From Candidatus Omnitrophota bacterium (GTDB taxonomy: Bacteria; Omnitrophota; Gorgyraeia; 2-02-FULL-51-18): a stretch of 64,000 nucleotides of DNA. The first letter of the stretch is position 1. Each line of letters begins with the position of its first letter. The position numbers were made by a program, and so were the translations under genes. Below the pieces are notes generated by a model. It saw nothing but the letters and a program-made list of their open reading frames with translations, was not told the origin of the DNA and searched no databases. Below, piece by piece: positions 37,624 to 46,514 of the stretch. The stretch is taken from assembly GCA_016206805.1 (NCBI GenBank), contig JACQQX010000054.1, positions 3,743 to 67,742 of the forward strand, written 5' to 3'.

Positions 37624-38847
37624 TTACTCTAAGCTATTGTAAACCCGATGGCAACCTGCGCGTGAGCGCTTGGACTCATTACGAGTAAACCGCTTGTAGA
37701 TTCTGGGGATACGGCTACTGAGTCCGCATACGATTTCGTAAGGAATGGTCCCTATCCAGCGGGCGAGGTCTTCGGCGAGGACCCTGATTGCGCCGTCCTG
37801 ACCGATGAGCGTCACCTCATCCCAGCGTTTCGCCGATGGGAGTGCCCCCACGTCCACCAGCGTCTGGTCCATGGTGACGCGGCCCACGACGGGACAGGCC
37901 CTCCCGCGCACGATGACGTGGCTTTTATTTGAAAGCGCCCACCGGTAGCCGTGGCTGTAACCCACGGGCAGGGTGGCGATGCGCGTCGGGCGCGACACGC
38001 GATGGGTGGCGCCATAACTTAAGACCCGCCCCTTCCCCGCGTCCTTCAAAAAAGCGATTCGCGTCTTGAGACTCAAAATGGGGCGAATGCCACGCGGCAG
38101 TTTTTCATCCGACGGCCTCAGGCCGTACAAAATAATGCCTGGTCTCACGAGATTGAGGTGCGATTTTTTGAAACGAATCACCCCGAGGCTGTTGGCCGCG
38201 TGCCGGTAGCGGGCCCTGACACCCCGGGCTTCCAGGCGCGCGATCACCTTTTCGAAACAATCCAGCTGATCGAGTGTGTGAATTTTTTCCGAGTGATCGG
38301 CGCGGGAAAAGTGCGTGTAAAGCCCTTCCACGGTGATGTTTTCCATCCGGGCGATTTCCAAAACAAAGTCCTCGGCATGCTCATGCCACACGCCGAGCCG
38401 GCCCATGCCGGTGTCGATTTTGACATGCACGGGGAATCGGCCGTTTTCGGGCGCGGCCTCCTCAAAAAACCGGGCGTCTTCCGCTGACGACACCGTGGGC
38501 GTGATCCGGTGGCGGATAAAAAGGCGGACCTGACTCCGGTGACAACTGCCCAGAACCAGAATCCGCGCCGCAGGAAGGGCTTTTCGGAGAGCCATCGCCT
38601 CATCGAGTGTCGCCACACCAAAAAAATTCACTCCACCCTTCTGCAAGGCCTTGGCCACGGGAACCATTCCGTGGCCGTAAGCGTCCGCTTTCACGATGGC
38701 CAGCACTTCTGTTTTTTGATTTTTTAAAATACGGCGGACGACTTTTAAATTGTTGATCAGAGCATCTAGGTGCACTTCGGCCCATAGGAGCGGAGTTGGG
38801 GTCGACGTTGGGGTCTGACCCCCGACCAATGGCCTCTTGGCGCTCAT
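37624..38847 (-). CDS. alr: alanine racemase
   Basis: AIVKADAYGHG PLP-lysine motif and the Alr C-terminal domain. I prefer the ATG at 38847 (ATGA overlap with the tsaB stop). It has an unusual N-terminal PLVGGQTPTSTPTP extension and a roughly 23-aa C-terminal extension after RIYK. Confidence 0.88.
   Translation of the reverse strand: MSAKRPLVGGQTPTSTPTPLLWAEVHLDALINNLKVVRRILKNQKTEVLAIVKADAYGHGMVPVAKALQKGGVNFFGVATLDEAMALRKALPAARILVLGSCHRSQVRLFIRHRITPTVSSAEDARFFEEAAPENGRFPVHVKIDTGMGRLGVWHEHAEDFVLEIARMENITVEGLYTHFSRADHSEKIHTLDQLDCFEKVIARLEARGVRARYRHAANSLGVIRFKKSHLNLVRPGIILYGLRPSDEKLPRGIRPILSLKTRIAFLKDAGKGRVLSYGATHRVSRPTRIATLPVGYSHGYRWALSNKSHVIVRGRACPVVGRVTMDQTLVDVGALPSAKRWDEVTLIGQDGAIRVLAEDLARWIGTIPYEIVCGLSSRIPRIYKRFTRNESKRSRAGCHRVYNSLE
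37695..37756. repeat. direct repeat copy D (inside the alr 3' region)
   Basis: Pairs with 34031..34092. The two copies bracket the hydrolase and autotransporter genes. Confidence 0.8.
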
Positions 38848-38875
38848 CGCTGTTTCCCCAGGGGGGTCAGACCCC
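38798..38875. repeat. GGGGTC cluster with the inverted pair GGGGTCTGACCCC / GGGGTCAGACCCC across the tsaB-alr junction
   Basis: GGGGTC at 38798. GGGGTCTGACCCC at 38810..38822. GGGGTCAGACCCC at 38863..38875. The last two are reverse complements of each other and each is itself palindromic. Confidence 0.8.
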
Positions 38876-39467
38876 GGGTCACATTGCAATCGCGGGGATG
38901 AAGATAAAGGGGCTCAAGCTTTTCGGGAGGGATGAATTTTTTATTCCGGATAAGGTCTAGCGCGATTTTACCGATGCTGGCGGCGCTGGGAAACGTGTCT
39001 TCAGGAACCCATTCCACGGAGCCGACCTGTTTTAAAAAATCTTCCCGGGAAAATAAACCGGGCTTTATGATTTCCTTAAATTTTTCTCCAATGTCGTAAC
39101 TGGCGCCATACACCATCCCCTTGCGCGCGTCGCGCATGACGGCAACCCGTCCCTTGAGACCGCTGGCATGGGCCAATGCGGCGAGGCTGGAAATGCCCAC
39201 CACTTTGGCGCCCAGCGTCACAGCCAGCATCTTGGCAGTCATCACACCCACCCGCAAACCCGTAAACGATCCGGGCCCCAACCCCACGGCCACAAAATGG
39301 ATATCCGCGGGTTTTATTTTATGTTTACGACACAACCCGTCGATGGTCACGATTAGCATTTCGGAGGGCGAGTCACCGGACTCCGACTCTCGCCAGGCCG
39401 CCGCTGGTCCTGCCAGAAGCGCTACACTCAACCTTCGCGAAGAGGTATCAAAAGCGAGCAGTGTCAT
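38844..39467 (-). CDS. tsaB: tRNA t6A37 biosynthesis protein TsaB
   Basis: 207 aa. LLAFDTSS...GPGSFTGLRVG is the typical YeaZ/TsaB pattern. Confidence 0.88.
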   Translation of the reverse strand: MTLLAFDTSSRRLSVALLAGPAAAWRESESGDSPSEMLIVTIDGLCRKHKIKPADIHFVAVGLGPGSFTGLRVGVMTAKMLAVTLGAKVVGISSLAALAHASGLKGRVAVMRDARKGMVYGASYDIGEKFKEIIKPGLFSREDFLKQVGSVEWVPEDTFPSAASIGKIALDLIRNKKFIPPEKLEPLYLHPRDCNVTRGLTPLGKQR

Positions 39468-39916
39468 TTGACTTCAATCTGACGCGAAGAAGGTCCGGCG
39501 TGCTTCATGGTTATTTTCAAATGTTTCGCTGGCAAAAGATTTCTTCCACGCTCGGCCCACTCGATTAGACAAACACCACCCGAGCGCATGCATTCCTCCG
39601 CCAAAAAAGCGTCTTCGCCCTCCACCCGCGCCAAACGATACCAGTCCAGATGATACACTTTTTCACGCCCGGCGTATTCATGAATCAATGTAAAAGTGGG
39701 ACTGGAAACCGTTTCATCGGCCTTTTTGACACCCAGTCCATGGGCTATCCCTTTGACCAGCGTCGTTTTGCCCGCGCCCAGCTCACCGGTCAAAGCAACC
39801 ACGTCCCCCGCTTTGAGCTGCTGGCCTATCGCTTGGCCTATCTTTCTGGTTTGGGCCAGTGAAATGGTTTTAAAAATGCTCAAAACCTTTTCCTTCCAGC
39901 AAAGAATAAGTCCCAT
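39464..39916 (-). CDS. tsaE: tRNA t6A37 biosynthesis ATPase TsaE
   Basis: 150 aa. GELGAGKTTLVKGI P-loop and SPTFTLIHEY motif. The start is uncertain, because the annotated start overlaps thiL by 47 nt. Confidence 0.85.
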   Translation of the reverse strand: MGLILCWKEKVLSIFKTISLAQTRKIGQAIGQQLKAGDVVALTGELGAGKTTLVKGIAHGLGVKKADETVSSPTFTLIHEYAGREKVYHLDWYRLARVEGEDAFLAEECMRSGGVCLIEWAERGRNLLPAKHLKITMKHAGPSSRQIEVK

Positions 39917-40787
39917 CCTTTTTTAAAATACGAAGGCCGTATTTTTTTTCAACGACTTTTCCGATCGGGTGGATGGGCGCCATTTTTTTTCTGTCATAAG
40001 TCAACGTGAGCTTTGCCGCGTCGCGGGGCGCAAGCGTAAAAAGAAGCTCGAAGTCCTCGCCATCCGTCAAAGCTTTTTGCAGATTTTCATATTTGGAAAC
40101 AGGGATAGCGTCTTCGCTGAGAATAAACCCCACCCGACTAGCCTGCGACATGCGCGTCAAATCCGATGCCAGACCGTCCGAAAGGTCCATCATCGCGTGG
40201 ATTTTAAAATGCTCTGTCAGATAGCGCGCTTCTTTGATTCTCGGCGTGAAATTTAAATGTTTTTTTGAGGAATAACTGCCGCCAAGTTCCCCAGTGACAA
40301 ACACGACATCCCCCGCTTTGGCTCCCGAACGCAGCGCCGCTTTCCCGCGGCCGACCTCTCCCAAAAGAGCCACGCTGATGATTATTTTATCCGAATGATT
40401 GGTATCCCCTCCCACCAGCTTCACGCCAAAGGCGCGCGCCAAATCATTCATCCCCTTGTACAAATCTTTCACAAAATCTACCCGCAAGTCGGACGGCACT
40501 CCCAAAGCCACCACCGCGCATTGAGGCGCGCCACCCATGGCCGCGATATCGCTCACGTTCACGGCAAGCGCTTTTCGGCCGATCTCATACGCGGTGGCTT
40601 CCCCACGCCGGAAATGCCGGTCTTCGATCAGCATGTCCGTTGTAAAAAGAAGGTCTTTGGCGCCGCCCAAACGCAGCACCGCGGCGTCATCGCCAATCCC
40701 CATCACAACGGACTTATCCGCTTTCTTCACCCATCCACGGATTTGTTCAATCAAACCAAACTCACCGATGGCGTTGAGTGTTTTCAT
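39870..40787 (-). CDS. thiL: thiamine-monophosphate kinase
   Basis: 305 aa. IGDDAAV...TTDMLIEDRHF and AIR synthase-like fold motifs. Confidence 0.9.
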   Translation of the reverse strand: MKTLNAIGEFGLIEQIRGWVKKADKSVVMGIGDDAAVLRLGGAKDLLFTTDMLIEDRHFRRGEATAYEIGRKALAVNVSDIAAMGGAPQCAVVALGVPSDLRVDFVKDLYKGMNDLARAFGVKLVGGDTNHSDKIIISVALLGEVGRGKAALRSGAKAGDVVFVTGELGGSYSSKKHLNFTPRIKEARYLTEHFKIHAMMDLSDGLASDLTRMSQASRVGFILSEDAIPVSKYENLQKALTDGEDFELLFTLAPRDAAKLTLTYDRKKMAPIHPIGKVVEKKYGLRILKKDGTYSLLEGKGFEHF

Positions 40788-41557
40788 TTTAATTCCTTCA
40801 GCCCAAAAAAATGAGCGGCGGTTTGAGTGGTCGTGTTTTCAAGCTCTTCGACGCTAATTTTACGGGACTGGGCCAGAAAACGCGCCACGTCCACCAAGTG
40901 CGCCGGCTCATTGCGCTTTCCACGATGGGGCTGAGGCGCCAAATAAGGAGAATCGGTTTCCAGCATGATGCGGTCCAAGGGTATTTGGGTAGCCACTTCA
41001 AGAAGCGCTCCGGCATTTTTAAAAGTAATATTCCCCGTGAAAGACGCATGAAATCCCAAATCCAAAAGCTTGAAAAGGGCCGTTTCATCGTAAGAAAAGC
41101 AATGCATGACCCCCTTAAGGCGTCCCTTGTGTCGGGCGAGCATCTCAAAGGTATCCTCAAACGCGTTGCGGGAGTGAACGATAACCGGAAGCTCGGCGTC
41201 CATGGCGATGCCCAGCATGCGCTCAAATACTTTCTTTTGAACGGCAGGAGCCGCCTCGCTTTTAAAATAATCCAAACCGATCTCGCCAATTGCCGAGGGT
41301 TTTTTCTCTTTTACAAAACGTTCTAGAGTTTTCCAGTCCTCATCCCCTATTTCATGCGCGGAATGCGGATGAAGTCCGGCTGTAAATCGCATAAAAGAAT
41401 GCTGGCTGGCCAGCTTCCAAGCCGCTTCATTGTTTTGAGGATCAGTGCCGACGTTGATCAGTCCCTTCACCCCAGCCGCGCGGGCCCGATCAATCACCGC
41501 GTCACGGTCAGCGTCAAAAGCATCAAAATGAAGATGGCAATGAGTATCTACCAACAT
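40784..41557 (-). CDS. tatD: TatD family metal-dependent hydrolase
   Basis: 257 aa. MLVDTHCHLHF...IGEIGLDY...HSR...ETDSPYL. Confidence 0.9.
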   Translation of the reverse strand: MLVDTHCHLHFDAFDADRDAVIDRARAAGVKGLINVGTDPQNNEAAWKLASQHSFMRFTAGLHPHSAHEIGDEDWKTLERFVKEKKPSAIGEIGLDYFKSEAAPAVQKKVFERMLGIAMDAELPVIVHSRNAFEDTFEMLARHKGRLKGVMHCFSYDETALFKLLDLGFHASFTGNITFKNAGALLEVATQIPLDRIMLETDSPYLAPQPHRGKRNEPAHLVDVARFLAQSRKISVEELENTTTQTAAHFFGLKELK

Positions 41558-41693
41558 AAATTCGAAGCACGAAGCACGAAATTCGAAACAAACTCCAATT
41601 TTTCAAATTTCAATTTTCCAAACCTCTTGTTTGATATTTTGGTCATTTTAATTTTGAATTTGTTTCGTGCTTCGTGCTTCGGATTTCGTGCTT
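41558..41693. repeat. Family R3 136-bp element, copy a (GC-rich CGAAGCACGAA terminal inverted repeats, AT-rich core)
   Basis: AAATTCGAAGCACGAAGCACGAAATTCGAAACAAAC...GAATTTGTTTCGTGCTTCGTGCTTCGGATTTCGTGCTT. It abuts the tatD ATG and contains the last 17 codons and the stop of the cysteine desulfurase ORF. Confidence 0.85.
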
Positions 41694-42842
41694 ATTTTCT
41701 GTGGATGCTTTTCTCAATCTCTCCACAATCCCCGGTATTTCTTTCAGCACAAAATCGATCTCTTCCTCGGTAGTAAATCGCCCCAGCGAAAACCGGATCG
41801 CCGCGCGGGCCAGTTTCTCCGGCAGTCCCATGGCGATCAACACATGCGACGGCTCCACCGAACCCGCCGTGCAGGCCGAACCCGTGGAAACATAGATTTT
41901 TTTGAGGTCCAGGTTCATGAGAAGAGTTTCGCCGTCCAGGCCCTCGAAAGACATGTTGAGCGTATTGGCCACACGCCTTTGGGGATCGCCATTCACCTGC
42001 ACATTCCCGACGGCGGACTTAAAACCATTTTCCAGTTTATCTCTCAACACGCCGACTCTTTTCATATCGCCGGCATATTCGGCGGCAACCAGCTCCACCG
42101 CTTTTCCGAATCCCACAATGCCGGCCACATTCTCAGTGCCCGGACGCATATTTTTTTCCTGATGGCCTCCATGCGTAACGGCCTTGAGCTTCACGCCTTT
42201 GCGGACATAAAGCGCGCCGATGCCCTTGGGGCCGTAAATTTTATGCGCGGAAACTGACAACAGATCTATTCCCATCCCCTCAATGTCGATAGGAATTTTC
42301 CCGAAAGACTGGACGGCGTCCGTGTGAAACCAGGCCCCATGGCGATGCGCGAGAGCCGCGATTTCACCAATAGGCTGAATGGTGCCGACTTCATTATTGG
42401 CGTGCATGATGCTGACAAGCGCCGTTCGATCCGTTATCGCCTTTTCCAGCTCATCCGCCCGCACGATGCCTTGAGCGTCCACGGGAACAACGGTGACCTT
42501 AACGCCTTTTTTAGATAAATATTGCGCGGCATGCAAAATGGCTTGGTGTTCAATGGCCGAAACCACCAGATGATCCCTGCCCGGCGCGCGTTCTTCCATG
42601 GCGCCTTTCAAAGCAAGATTGTCCGCCTCGGTGCCGCCCGAGGTAAAAACAATATCCCCCGGCTCCACATCGAGAAAATCAGCCAGCCTCTCACGCGACT
42701 GATCAATCGCGTGTCGCGTAGCCTGGCCTTTTTGATGAAAACTGGAAGCATTGCCAAACTGTTCGAAAAAAAAGGGTTTCATAGCTTCAAAAACCCGCGC
42801 ATCCACCGGAGTAGTGGAATTATAGTCGAGGTAAGCTTCCAT
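41643..42842 (-). CDS. cysteine desulfurase (NifS/IscS-like, class V aminotransferase)
   Basis: 399 aa. PLP-lysine SAHKIYGPKG and catalytic loop STGSACTAGS. The C-terminal tail ...ENKHEIRSTKHETNSKLK is encoded by repeat R3a. Confidence 0.9.
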   Translation of the reverse strand: MEAYLDYNSTTPVDARVFEAMKPFFFEQFGNASSFHQKGQATRHAIDQSRERLADFLDVEPGDIVFTSGGTEADNLALKGAMEERAPGRDHLVVSAIEHQAILHAAQYLSKKGVKVTVVPVDAQGIVRADELEKAITDRTALVSIMHANNEVGTIQPIGEIAALAHRHGAWFHTDAVQSFGKIPIDIEGMGIDLLSVSAHKIYGPKGIGALYVRKGVKLKAVTHGGHQEKNMRPGTENVAGIVGFGKAVELVAAEYAGDMKRVGVLRDKLENGFKSAVGNVQVNGDPQRRVANTLNMSFEGLDGETLLMNLDLKKIYVSTGSACTAGSVEPSHVLIAMGLPEKLARAAIRFSLGRFTTEEEIDFVLKEIPGIVERLRKASTENKHEIRSTKHETNSKLK

Positions 42843-43109
42843 CTAAAATCCTTTATAGGTCTTCTCGTTACGCCGCACAACGCGCAAAATAACTACACGA
42901 GCTTCTTTATCCAATATAGCGTAAACAATCCGCCAATCACGGAACCGAACCCGATGCAATGTTTGATCTAGCTTTTTTACTCCAAATGGCCTTGGGTTCC
43001 GAGCCAAAGAGAAAATGGTTTTATCTATTTTAGAAAATATTTCTTTGGGCAGCTTGTCCAGATCCCTTTCAGCATGGGGTTCTAGAGCAATGTCATAGAG
43101 CTTGTTCAC
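42843..43109 (-). CDS. relE: RelE/ParE family toxin
   Basis: 88 aa. ...LHRVRFRDWRIVYAILDKEARVVILRVVRRNEKTY is the typical RelE/StbE pattern. Its TAG stop is immediately followed by the desulfurase ATG. Confidence 0.8.
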   Translation of the reverse strand: MNKLYDIALEPHAERDLDKLPKEIFSKIDKTIFSLARNPRPFGVKKLDQTLHRVRFRDWRIVYAILDKEARVVILRVVRRNEKTYKGF

Positions 43110-43339
43110 TATCGCTTCAGCCGTTTGGTCCGATAAGAAGCGTAGGAAGTGCTTTTGGCGGGTTGGGCTTGATAGCTTTGAAGACGCTCATGCCCGACGC
43201 GTAAATCTTCAATATCCTCTTGGTATAAGGTTTCCAGTGCCTCTGTCACAAGCTTGGCAATGGAGGTTCCCCTCTCAACAGCCAAATGTTTAATCGACTT
43301 ATGTAGCGCCTCTGGCAAATACACCATTGTTCGAATCAT
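43109..43339 (-). CDS. ribbon-helix-helix (CopG/RelB-like) antitoxin
   Basis: 76 aa. TMVYLPEALHKSIKHLAVERGTSIAKLVTEALETLY is an RHH motif. 1-nt overlap with the toxin start. Confidence 0.75.
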   Translation of the reverse strand: MIRTMVYLPEALHKSIKHLAVERGTSIAKLVTEALETLYQEDIEDLRVGHERLQSYQAQPAKSTSYASYRTKRLKR

Positions 43340-43382
43340 CTCTCTCTCCTTGATTTAACCCAATTATGGCATAATGGCATAA

Positions 43383-45032
43383 TTATGTCAAATCACCCTT
43401 CTTAGATTCTATTCTAGGGAAAAGTGGGGCAGCTTTAGAAACAACTCCTCCGGTTAAGAAATATTCGTCAACACTACCTTTGATAAAAATGTTTTTTTCT
43501 ATTGATTCTTTCATTCCTAATTGAGTCCAAATTTCTTTACCAATCGTAGGCATAAAAGGCCACACAGCCCTTGCCGTCACTTTCAAGACCCCTGCCAAAG
43601 TATTAATTACACATCTAAGTTCCTCGAACTTACCCTGCTTGGCAAGAGCCCATGGCGCCGATCGTTCAATATATTTGTTAGCTTCGCTTACAATAGCCCA
43701 AACTTCCGCCAAAACTTCTGAGAATGCCAGTCGGCGCATCAATTCTAAAATTTTATCAGGCAAGTTACTGGCCATTGCCTCCAACGTAGCTCTATTTTTA
43801 AAGATTAATTTGGCAATTTCATCAGGATTAGCTTCATCATAAGAGAGCTTTTGCATTTTTTCAGGATTGAATGCAGGGATCTCACCTTCAAAATACTTCT
43901 CGCACATGGTTAACGTCCGGTTCAGCAAGTTTCCCAGATCATTGGCCAGGTCCGTGTTGTAGCGCAGAATAAAAGCTTCCTCGCTGAACGTGCCGTCTTG
44001 GCCGAACGACGCTTCGCGCAGCAGAAAATAGCGATAGGCGTCCACTCCGAAACGATCGACGATTTCCAGCGGATCCACGACATTGCCGCGAGACTTGGAC
44101 ATTTTCTCACCACCCTGCACCCACCAGCCGTGAGCGAAAATCATCTTGGGAGTCGGAAGCCCCAGCGCTTCCAGTAAAATAGGCCAATAAACCGCGTGAT
44201 GCCTCAAAATATCTTTGCCGATGATATGCACATCCGCCGGCCACCATTTTTTCTGCAATTTCTCATCAACACCATAACCCACGGCGCTGATGTAATTGAT
44301 CAGCGCGTCAAACCAGACATAGGTGACATGCGCATCGCTTAGAGGAGACGGGATGCCCCAAAGCAGGCGATTTTTGGGCCGGGAAATGCACAAATCCTGC
44401 AGCACATTATTTTCCAGAAACCCCAACACTTCATTGCGCCTTGTTTCGGGCAGGATCACCAGATCCTTGGCCTCGCGAATGGTGCGGATCAACCACTCCT
44501 GCTTGTCCGACATCTTCAGAAAATAGTTTTCTTCTTCAATGCGCTCCACCGGGCGCTTGCACTCGGGGCAAAGATTTTTTCCATTCTCTTGAAAAACTTG
44601 CCCTTCAGTCCAAAACGTTTCATCCGGCGTACAATACCAACCGGAATAACCGGCCTTATACACCCGCCCACGCTTCTCAAGTTCTTTCCATACCGCCTGA
44701 ACGGCTTTGACATGCCGCGGCTCAGTCGTACGAATAAAATCGTCATAAGAAATATCGAGCTTCGTCCAGAGATCCTTAAAAGTAGCGGAAATCTTATCGA
44801 CAAATTCCTGCGGCGCCATGCCGGCCGCCTGCGCCGCCTTATCAATTTTCTGTCCGTGCTCGTCGGTGCCGGTCAGAAAATGAACATGGTCTTTCCCGTA
44901 GCGTAGCCGCATAAACCGCGCGAGCGTATCGGCGGCGATATTGGTGTAGGAGTGGCCGATATGCGGCCGCGAATTCACATAATAAAGCGGTGTGGTCAGA
45001 TAAAATCGTTTGGTGATTGTCTTATTGGTCAT
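43383..45032 (-). CDS. metG: methionine--tRNA ligase
   Basis: 549 aa. YYVNSRPHIGH (HIGH) and KMSKSRGN (KMSKS) motifs, plus a Cys knuckle CPECKRP. Confidence 0.95.
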   Translation of the reverse strand: MTNKTITKRFYLTTPLYYVNSRPHIGHSYTNIAADTLARFMRLRYGKDHVHFLTGTDEHGQKIDKAAQAAGMAPQEFVDKISATFKDLWTKLDISYDDFIRTTEPRHVKAVQAVWKELEKRGRVYKAGYSGWYCTPDETFWTEGQVFQENGKNLCPECKRPVERIEEENYFLKMSDKQEWLIRTIREAKDLVILPETRRNEVLGFLENNVLQDLCISRPKNRLLWGIPSPLSDAHVTYVWFDALINYISAVGYGVDEKLQKKWWPADVHIIGKDILRHHAVYWPILLEALGLPTPKMIFAHGWWVQGGEKMSKSRGNVVDPLEIVDRFGVDAYRYFLLREASFGQDGTFSEEAFILRYNTDLANDLGNLLNRTLTMCEKYFEGEIPAFNPEKMQKLSYDEANPDEIAKLIFKNRATLEAMASNLPDKILELMRRLAFSEVLAEVWAIVSEANKYIERSAPWALAKQGKFEELRCVINTLAGVLKVTARAVWPFMPTIGKEIWTQLGMKESIEKNIFIKGSVDEYFLTGGVVSKAAPLFPRIESKKGDLT

Positions 45033-45880
45033 TGGTTATTCTCATTTAATCGGTCCCACAATACCGAAAGCGCCAGTTTCGTGTGAATCGTTCCTGAAAG
45101 ATTTTCCCGGAACTCACCCAAAAGCTCAATGCGCCGCTCAAGCTCGGACGAGCGGAAGCGCCGGGCGGCCTTGCGCCACTGGCTGCGCCGCGCTGAATCG
45201 GTCAGGTCCTCAGCGCCCGCTTTCATCAAAAACGCCCCACGATAAAACTCGATCAGCGTGTCCAGCATCACGGCGATGCGGTCACGGGAAAGTTTTGTCA
45301 AATCCGGCGGCGTTGTCGAGAAACCCTCCGCATAGTTTAAAAGCTCCCTGTTTAAAACTGCCTCCTCTTCATCCAGCGCCGTCTCGACGGCGCGCGGCAG
45401 AAAAGGATGCGTTTGAACCCGCGAACGTATCGTGACCAGGATTTTTTCCAAAGCCGAGGCGATCAAAACAAAATAAGCGTGTCCGGGCGGCTCTTCCAAA
45501 GTCTTCAAAAGGGCGTTCTGCGCTATTTCATTCATCCGGTCGGCTTCTTCAATAATAAACACCTTGCAAGGCGCCCGCAGCGGCTTAAAACCGGCGCGCG
45601 TGATGAGCGAACGGACTTCTTCCACTTTGATGCCTTGCGCGTCCTTTTCGGGAGCCAGGATAAAAAGATCCGCGTGAGAACCTTTTAAAGCCTGACGGCA
45701 ATCGATGCACGCGCCACACGCTTCGCCGCGCGCGCCCTCGCGGCAAAAAAGAGTTTGAGCCAGCCACAGCGCCGCTTCTTTTTGGCCCGAATCCCGGGCG
45801 CCTGTAAACAAAAGCGCGTGCGCGAGCTGACTGCGCCCAATCGCCCGCTTCAAAGCGTCGGTTTCTTTAGAGGATGTCAC
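45029..45880 (-). CDS. holB: DNA polymerase III subunit delta'
   Basis: 283 aa. AHALLFTGARDSG..., a CGACIDC zinc module, VFIIEEADRMN, TIRSR. Confidence 0.85.
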   Translation of the reverse strand: MTSSKETDALKRAIGRSQLAHALLFTGARDSGQKEAALWLAQTLFCREGARGEACGACIDCRQALKGSHADLFILAPEKDAQGIKVEEVRSLITRAGFKPLRAPCKVFIIEEADRMNEIAQNALLKTLEEPPGHAYFVLIASALEKILVTIRSRVQTHPFLPRAVETALDEEEAVLNRELLNYAEGFSTTPPDLTKLSRDRIAVMLDTLIEFYRGAFLMKAGAEDLTDSARRSQWRKAARRFRSSELERRIELLGEFRENLSGTIHTKLALSVLWDRLNENNQ

Positions 45881-46514
45881 GGAGAATATTCATCACTTTC
45901 GCGTGCACTTGGTCAATCGTATCGGATTCCTGCAGCGGAATGCGCCTAAAACGACCGGGCTCACGGCGGGCAATGGCCAGAAACCCGTTCCGAACTTTCT
46001 GATGGAAGTAAACGCTCTTTTTTTCCATGCGGTCCAGCGCCCTTTTGCCCCGCAGACGGCCCAAGCCATCGGCGACCGGCAGATCAAAAAAAAGACTCAT
46101 GGTGGGCCGCACGAAACCGGTCGTCATTTTCCCCACTTGCTCAATCCATTTTACGTTCACGCCGGCGCCATACCCCTGATAAGCCACCGTCGCGTCCAGC
46201 CACCGGTCACAAAGAACGATTTTTCCCTTCTCAAGCTCGGGGCGGATGATTTCTTCCACAATCTGCGCGCGGCTGGCCATGTAGAGCAGCGTTTCGCAAA
46301 GCGGGGTGATAGACGCGTTCTTGCGATCCAAGAGCACATCCCGGATCTTTTCGCCAAGCTTTGTGCCGCCCGGCTCCCGCGTCAAAAACACGGACCGGCC
46401 CTCTCTCTTCAAAGCATCATAAAGAATCTGGATCTGAGTCGACTTCCCGCTTCCTTCTCCGCCTTCAAACGTAATCAACATCCCTTTTTTCTTGGGATTC
46501 AAAGTTTTCTCCAT
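45867..46514 (-). CDS. tmk: thymidylate kinase
   Basis: ITFEGGEGSGKSTQ P-loop and DRW/LID motifs. The start may be the internal ATG at 46481 (MLITFEG...). Confidence 0.9.
   Translation of the reverse strand: MEKTLNPKKKGMLITFEGGEGSGKSTQIQILYDALKREGRSVFLTREPGGTKLGEKIRDVLLDRKNASITPLCETLLYMASRAQIVEEIIRPELEKGKIVLCDRWLDATVAYQGYGAGVNVKWIEQVGKMTTGFVRPTMSLFFDLPVADGLGRLRGKRALDRMEKKSVYFHQKVRNGFLAIARREPGRFRRIPLQESDTIDQVHAKVMNILRDIL

Noticed and set aside
40798-41289. Same-strand alternative-frame ORFs inside genes, for example 40798..41289 in tatD, 5147..5377 and 5313..5519 in the heptose kinase, 56060..56428 in clpC and 38244..38621 in alr.
   Set aside because: They are fully nested in strongly supported genes and are Arg/Trp/Pro-rich, which reflects the frame-shifted composition. 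They have no independent start context or recognisable domain.
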